A DNA stretch of 61,665 nt from positions 1 to 61,665 of the forward strand of contig DASUZD010000007.1 of assembly GCA_036377055.1 (NCBI GenBank), read 5' to 3'. A program made the translations under genes and the position numbers. Shown piece by piece: positions 57,133 through 61,665 of the stretch (positions within the stretch are counted from its first letter, which is position 1; each line of letters opens with the position of its first letter). Origin of the DNA: Gaiellaceae bacterium (GTDB lineage Bacteria > Actinomycetota > Thermoleophilia > Gaiellales > Gaiellaceae). Under the pieces are notes generated by a model, which did not search any database, was not told where the DNA came from, and worked only from the letters and a program-made list of their open reading frames with translations.

Positions 57133-57816
57133 ATGGACGAGCTTCTGACCCGCCGCGGCTCCATCGCACGGCTCGCGGGACTCGTGGCGGGCGCCGTCGG
57201 CGGAGCCGGATGGAAGTTCGGCGCCGCCCAAGGCGCCGGGCCTGCGGGCGTCGCATCCGGCGCGGTCACATGCGTCCTGACGCCGGAGCAGACCGAGGGC
57301 CCGTATTACATCGCGAACGAGAAGGTACGCCGCAACATCACCGAGGGCAGGCCGGGCACGCCGCTGACGCTCAGGCTCACGGTCGTGGACGCATCGACAT
57401 GCAGGCCGATCGAAGGCGCCGCGGTCGACATCTGGCACGCGGACGCAGCGGGTGTCTACTCGGGCTTCGGCCAGGGCGCACGAAACAGGGCCTTCATGCG
57501 CGGAATCCAGCGCACAGACGCCAAGGGAATCGCCACCTTCCGCACGGTCTACCCCGGCTGGTACCAGGGCCGCACGGTGCACATCCACGTCAAGGTCCAC
57601 GTCGGCGGCAACGTCGTCCACACCGGCCAGCTGTACTTCTCGGACGCGCTGACGGACATCGTGTACCGGAAGCCCCCGTACTCGAGCCGGCCGGGACGGG
57701 ACGTCCGCAACGCAAAGGACTTCGTCTTCGCGAACGGCGGCAAGCGATCGATGCTCACGGTCCGCCGGAGCGGCGCCGGTTACCTCGGCACGATCGCGAT
57801 GGGCGTGGCTCGATAG
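57133..57816 (+). CDS. Tat-exported intradiol-dioxygenase-like protein
   Basis: The Tat-like signal is TRRGSIARLAGLVAGAVGGAG. TPEQTEGPYY...G.PL.L...V.D...C.P...A.VDIWH.D..G.YSG ... YPGWY.GR..HIH.KV is the Dioxygenase_C pattern. Confidence 0.7.
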   Translation: MDELLTRRGSIARLAGLVAGAVGGAGWKFGAAQGAGPAGVASGAVTCVLTPEQTEGPYYIANEKVRRNITEGRPGTPLTLRLTVVDASTCRPIEGAAVDIWHADAAGVYSGFGQGARNRAFMRGIQRTDAKGIATFRTVYPGWYQGRTVHIHVKVHVGGNVVHTGQLYFSDALTDIVYRKPPYSSRPGRDVRNAKDFVFANGGKRSMLTVRRSGAGYLGTIAMGVAR

Positions 57817-57828
57817 CGTCCGCAGGCG

Positions 57829-58767
57829 ATGCCTGCGGCGACCGTGCTGGACGCGATCGGGAACACGCCCCTCGTCCGCCTGCGCGCGCTCGCGCCGCGG
57901 AACGGGGCCGAGCTCTGGATCAAGCTCGAGTACCTGAACCCGACCGGATCGATGAAGGACCGCATGGCGCTCTCGATGATCGACGGCGCCGAGCGGGACG
58001 AGCTGATAGCACCCGGCGCGACGGTCGTCGAGTACACTGGCGGGAGCACCGGACCGGCGCTCGCGCTCGTCTGCCGCGCGAAGGGCTACCGCGCGCGGAT
58101 CGTCATCTCGGACTGCTTCAGCGAGGAGCGGCTCCAGCTGATGCGGGCGCTCGGGGCGGAGCTGGAGGTCATCCCGGCCGTCGAAGAGCGCGGGCGCGTG
58201 ACCGCGCAGGACATCCACAACATGGTCGAGCGCGCCGCGGAGCTCGCGCGCGAGGAGGGCGCCTACGCGACCGACCAGTTCAACAACCCGTACGTCATCC
58301 CCGGTCACCGGGAGCGGCTCGGTCGTGAGATCTGGGAGCAGAGCGAGGGACGCGTAACGGCCTTCTGCCACGGCATCGGCACGGCCAGCTCACTGATGGG
58401 CGTCTCGCAGGCGCTCGAGGCGCGGAACGCCGACGTTCGTGTCGTCGCGCTCGAGCCGTCGGGGTCGGCCGCGATCAGCGGCGGGCCGAGCGGGTCGTTC
58501 GCGATGCAGGGCTGGACCGGGATCGTCCCGCCGCACTTCGAGCGCGAGCGCGTCGACGACGTCTGGACGATCGAGGACGGCGAAGCGATCGAGACGACGA
58601 GGCGCCTCGCCCAGGAGGAGGGCATCTTCGCCGGCGTCTCGACGGGCGCGAACGTCGCAGGCGCTCTTCGGCTCGCGGACGAGCTCGGGCCGGACGCGGT
58701 TGTCGTCACGCTCGCCGTCGACACCGGCTTCAAGTACATGACCGGCGAGCCCTACACGAGCATGTGA
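57829..58767 (+). CDS. PLP-dependent cysteine synthase family protein
   Basis: GNTPLVRL.......LW.KLE.LNPTGS(M)KDR and the later GIGT.... match the CysK/CysM/CBS fold. Confidence 0.88.
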   Translation: MPAATVLDAIGNTPLVRLRALAPRNGAELWIKLEYLNPTGSMKDRMALSMIDGAERDELIAPGATVVEYTGGSTGPALALVCRAKGYRARIVISDCFSEERLQLMRALGAELEVIPAVEERGRVTAQDIHNMVERAAELAREEGAYATDQFNNPYVIPGHRERLGREIWEQSEGRVTAFCHGIGTASSLMGVSQALEARNADVRVVALEPSGSAAISGGPSGSFAMQGWTGIVPPHFERERVDDVWTIEDGEAIETTRRLAQEEGIFAGVSTGANVAGALRLADELGPDAVVVTLAVDTGFKYMTGEPYTSM

Positions 58768-58778
58768 GAGGAGGCGCG

Positions 58779-59069
58779 GTGTACGCGCACGTAGTCAGGT
58801 TCCAGGACTCGGCGCAGGATCTCGAGGACGGCATCGCGCACGTGCTCGACGAGGTCGTCCCGGCCGCGGATTCGCTCGAAGGCGTTCGCGGGCTCTGGCT
58901 CGTCGACCGTGAGAGCGGCGAGCGCTTGTCGGTGATGGTGTTCGCGGACGAGGACTCAGCCGATGCGCTCTTCGCCGCCGTCGCCGAGCGTCGCGCTGCG
59001 GATCCGGACCGCAACCGGCCGGCGCCCGTCGGCTCCAAGCGCTACGACATGTACGCCAGCGCCGGCTAG
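58779..59069 (+). CDS. Small hypothetical protein (ABM/ferredoxin-like?)
   Basis: I prefer the GTG at 58779 after GAGGAGG over the 58764 start. The fold guess is weak. Confidence 0.4.
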   Translation: MYAHVVRFQDSAQDLEDGIAHVLDEVVPAADSLEGVRGLWLVDRESGERLSVMVFADEDSADALFAAVAERRAADPDRNRPAPVGSKRYDMYASAG

Positions 59070-59284
59070 CGGTCGCGTTCGGCGAGCCAGGCGGCGAAGC
59101 GTCCGGCAGGCGACTCGAGCCACGCGGCGAGCTCGCCGTCGAAGAGCTCGACCTCGTCGCGGAGCTGGAAGACGCGGAAGTCGAGCCGCCGCTCGTCGTC
59201 GCACTCGTGCCGCTCGTCTCCGCGCGCCACCGTCGCGCCGCAGTCCGGGCACGGGAGGTGTTGGGGTTGGGGGAACTCGAGCAT
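59066..59284 (-). CDS. 72-aa hypothetical protein with a CPDC...H.C motif
   Basis: Only the last 72 codons of the 420-aa ORF look protein-like ([30 protein letters not shown]...). It may be a zinc ribbon. Confidence 0.4.
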   Translation of the reverse strand: MLEFPQPQHLPCPDCGATVARGDERHECDDERRLDFRVFQLRDEVELFDGELAAWLESPAGRFAAWLAERDR

Positions 59285-59391
59285 CGCTGCCGAACGGACC
59301 GCGGGATTCCGCGGGCACCCCCTGAACCCTTCATCGGCAGCGGGCTCGCAAAGGAGGAGGACCGCCGCCGGAGCGGCGGCCCTCGACAGGA

Positions 59392-59820
59392 TCAGGCCGG
59401 CGCAGCCGCCCGGACGACGCCGAGCTGCTGCATCAGTCCGAGGGCGTCCCAGTTCGTCCACGACTCGATGATCCGACCGTCGGCGATTCGGTCGATCGTG
59501 ATGCCGGTGACCGTCGCCTGCTTGCCGGTCGCGGCCATGCCCCAGAACTCGCCCTTGTTCGTTCCGACCGCGCTCCAGCGCGTGCAGACCGAGTCGTCCT
59601 CGGCGATCTGCGATTCGATCCGGATCTTCAGGTCGGGGAAGCCGGCGCGGTAGCCGCCCGCGGCCGCCTTCAACCCCTCGGGCCCATGCGTGGGCTCGGG
59701 CAGCGCGGGGTCGTAGCCGACGGCTTCCGGCGCGACCAGCTCGTCCGCGGTCTCCATCCGGCCCTCGCTGAAGACCTCCTCGATCAACCGCCGCGAGATC
59801 TGCTTGTTCTGCTCGCTCAT
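59392..59820 (-). CDS. SnoaL-like ester cyclase family protein
   Basis: NKQISRRLIEEVFSEG......LVAPE...........G.EG........R..FPDL........AE.D.V..RW...GT..GEF.G...TGK......I.I.R...G.I.E.W is the ester-cyclase pattern. The ATG at 59820 follows GAGGAGGGAGGAG. A longer form from 59949 would add a TM anchor. Confidence 0.7.
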   Translation of the reverse strand: MSEQNKQISRRLIEEVFSEGRMETADELVAPEAVGYDPALPEPTHGPEGLKAAAGGYRAGFPDLKIRIESQIAEDDSVCTRWSAVGTNKGEFWGMAATGKQATVTGITIDRIADGRIIESWTNWDALGLMQQLGVVRAAAPA

Positions 59821-59984
59821 CTCCTCCCTCCTCTCGGCCTGCGCCCGTCGCCGTGTCCCCAGCCACGCCGCGACGCCGACGCCGGTCGCCGCAGCGAGGG
59901 ACCACATGGCGACGAGCCGACCCTTGCGCCTCTTGGCTCGTCCCGCCATAGCACCTCCATCGCAGACGGGGCGAGCCTAGTCCC

Positions 59985-60647
59985 GTGCACGGGCGGCGAC
60001 AAGGGCGCACAATCTGCGCTTTGCGCTCCGAGCTAAGAGATGTTGCGCCGGGCCTCTGGGTCTGGCAGGTCGAGCACCCCGACTGGCGCCCCGGCCTCGC
60101 CTGGGGGCCGGTCGTGTCCTCGACGTGCGTCGCCTCCGGCGGCGAGGTCGCCGTGCTCGATCCGCTCGCGCCGCCCGAGGACGCGACGGAGGTCTGGGAG
60201 CGGCTGGACGCGCAGCCGCCGACGCTCGCGGTCGTCCTCAAGCCCGACCACGTCCGCGACGTGGACCTCTTCGTCAGGCGGTATGGGGCACGTGCCTTCG
60301 GGCCGAGCCTGTTCTGGCGCGACGACATCCCCGAGACGGAGCTCGAGCCGATCGAGACGGCGAGCGAGCTTCCGGGCGGCCTCGTCGCGCTCTACGACGG
60401 CCGCGGGAAGAACGAGACGCCGCTCTGGCTGCCCGAGCAGCGCGCGCTCGTGTTCGCCGACGCACTGACGGCGCCGGACGGCGAGCTGCGCGTCTGGGCG
60501 ACGCCGTGGCACGAGGAGCGCGCGCTCCCGGCGCTCCGCGCGCTGCTCGAGCTGCCGTTCGAGCACGTGATCGTCGCTCACGGCGACCCTGTGCACGACC
60601 GCGCGGCGTACGAGCGCGCGCTCGAGCTCCCGCCCTGGTCGGGCTGA
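59985..60647 (+). CDS. Hypothetical protein, possibly a degenerate MBL fold
   Basis: GLWVWQ....... and ...VLKPDHVRD occupy the position of the HxHxDH motif. The start is uncertain. Confidence 0.4.
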   Translation: MHGRRQGRTICALRSELRDVAPGLWVWQVEHPDWRPGLAWGPVVSSTCVASGGEVAVLDPLAPPEDATEVWERLDAQPPTLAVVLKPDHVRDVDLFVRRYGARAFGPSLFWRDDIPETELEPIETASELPGGLVALYDGRGKNETPLWLPEQRALVFADALTAPDGELRVWATPWHEERALPALRALLELPFEHVIVAHGDPVHDRAAYERALELPPWSG

Positions 60648-60653
60648 CGACCG

Positions 60654-61043
60654 ATGCGCGACCCGTTCGATCCGACGGACGCCGAGCTGCGGGCCTGGGC
60701 ACAAAGCGGCGATTTCGCCCCGATGGAGGACTGGGACCTCATCATCGCCGAGCCCCTACGCGCGCCGACGCTGATCGACCTCGCGGCGGATGGGCCGCCC
60801 GAGTCGCGCGAGTTCTTCCTCCGTTGCCTCTACTTGCTCGTCGGAGACGCCGTCCGGAGCGGGTTCAACTCCGCGCCGAAGGAGGATGTCGAAGCCGTGC
60901 TCGTAGGCGCCGAGCCGGCAGCTCGCGAGAGCGTGTCGATCGCGCTCTGGCTCGCGCGCAGCCGGCGACTCCTCGAGCACCCTGAGGAGTTCCAGTACGA
61001 CGCGTGGTGCGGCGGCGGGCTCGCTCGCCCTCAGGCGCGCTAG
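60654..61043 (+). CDS. Hypothetical protein
   Basis: It is a protein-like 129-aa ORF starting 7 nt after the upstream stop. No family recognised. Confidence 0.45.
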   Translation: MRDPFDPTDAELRAWAQSGDFAPMEDWDLIIAEPLRAPTLIDLAADGPPESREFFLRCLYLLVGDAVRSGFNSAPKEDVEAVLVGAEPAARESVSIALWLARSRRLLEHPEEFQYDAWCGGGLARPQAR

Positions 61044-61063
61044 CGAACGGACACGGTATGCGG

Positions 61064-61441
61064 CTACTTCCCGCTGCGCTCGATCAGCTCTACGCGGTAG
61101 CCGTCGGGATCGCGGACGAAGCACAAGCGGTTCCCGCCCTCGCGGATCCGATACGGGGGCCGTTCCGGCTCGATCCCCTGCTCTCGAAGCTGCGCCAGGG
61201 TCGCATCCAGAGCGTCGACCGTGAGCGCGATATGCCCGTACCCGGTGCCTAGCTCGTAGGAGTCGACGCCGAAGTTGTAGGTCAGCTCCAGCCGGTCCCC
61301 GTCGCCCGGCAGCCCCATGAAGACGTTGATCGCTTCGTCGCGGATCGGCAGCCTTCGCCGCTCCTCGAAGCCGAGCGCCTTGTAGAAGGCAACCGACCGG
61401 TCCGGATCGGTGATCCGGTAGCACGTGTGGATCAGCTCCAC
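61064..61441 (-). CDS. gloA: Lactoylglutathione lyase / VOC family protein
   Basis: LIHTCYRI.D.DRSV.FY..LGF...........E.....F.G........LELTYN.G...Y..G.GYGHIAL.V.D........G.......Y......... .F..DPDGY..ELIE is the glyoxalase I pattern. GTG start at 61441. Confidence 0.85.
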   Translation of the reverse strand: MELIHTCYRITDPDRSVAFYKALGFEERRRLPIRDEAINVFMGLPGDGDRLELTYNFGVDSYELGTGYGHIALTVDALDATLAQLREQGIEPERPPYRIREGGNRLCFVRDPDGYRVELIERSGK

Positions 61442-61469
61442 GACGCGGACACTACTGGGGCGGCGTGCT

Positions 61470-61665
61470 TCAGAAGCGCTCGAACGAGCCCGACGTCCGC
61501 GCCTGCCGCTCGAAGACACGCAGCAGGAGCACTCCGACGGTGAAGTAGGCGGCTGCGATCCCCAGCTCGGCGCCGAGGAGATTGCCGACGCTGCCGACGC
61601 TTGCGCCGTTCACCACCTTCCGCGCAGCCTCTATCCCGTGCGTCAACGGGACGCCGGACGCGATC
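61470..61665 (-). CDS. 3' end of a membrane protein (ABC-2-type permease-like), truncated by the window edge
   Basis: The minus-strand frame is open from the edge to the TGA at 61470-61472. It reads IASGVPLTHGIEAARKVVNGASVGSVGNLLGAELGIAAAYFTVGVLLLRVFERQARTSGSFERF with high GC3. This is a typical ABC-2 permease C-terminus. Confidence 0.45.
   Translation of the reverse strand, partial: IASGVPLTHGIEAARKVVNGASVGSVGNLLGAELGIAAAYFTVGVLLLRVFERQARTSGSFERF

Overview
This is 61.7 kb of very GC-rich bacterial chromosome, by eye about 70% GC. It is probably actinobacterial: rpsF-ssb-rpsR-rplI-dnaB synteny, a SARP-type regulator, and many GTG starts with 4-nt start/stop overlaps. The taxonomy is inference only. 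Nearly every real gene is shadowed by long Arg/Ala/Pro-rich ORFs in other frames, and I ignored those.

Content from left to right:
1. 1-8.5 kb: an inverted-duplicated cluster of two HPr-kinase-like P-loop proteins, one PqqD-family peptide-chaperone protein, two GT2 glycosyltransferases, two NTP_transf_5-type nucleotidyltransferases, an epimerase and a channel-like membrane protein. It has no lasso cyclase or protease and no obvious precursor.
2. 8.5-12 kb: a PotBCD-like ABC importer with an XRE-cupin regulator but no ATPase gene.
3. 12-17 kb: a c-di-GMP locus with an HD-GYP protein, a GGDEF-HD-GYP protein and two DUF5317-like membrane proteins. It carries a duplicated about 90-nt structured leader, each followed by a conserved 32-codon membrane sORF.
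4. 17-22.4 kb: a 1294-aa SARP/cyclase-like/AAA/TPR regulator and an MFS transporter.
5. 22.4-22.8 kb: two tandem, individually terminated 30-codon peptide genes sharing a 42-nt identical 3' block (...EVSKVIVFSSWGG). They diverge from an operon encoding a prenyltransferase-repeat (toroid) protein, a PPTase and a GT-C-like membrane protein.
6. 26.8-37.7 kb: a 2300-aa secreted RHS/YD-repeat polymorphic toxin, followed by an orphan toxin tip, immunity candidates and decayed duplicate modules in lower-GC DNA.
7. 38-61.7 kb: housekeeping genes. These are rpmE, a sigma-70 factor, rpsF-ssb-rpsR-rplI, an intein-containing dnaB, purA, mobA/fdhD, purD-E-B-C-S-Q, a cysteine synthase and small unassigned genes.

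The candidates I consider most worth follow-up are the kinase/PqqD/nucleotidyltransferase/GT cluster, the twin ...FSSWGG peptide genes, and the duplicated leader plus sORF units. I saw no rRNA, tRNA, CRISPR, transposase or integrase. All family assignments are by eye from motifs and need HMM or BLAST confirmation.
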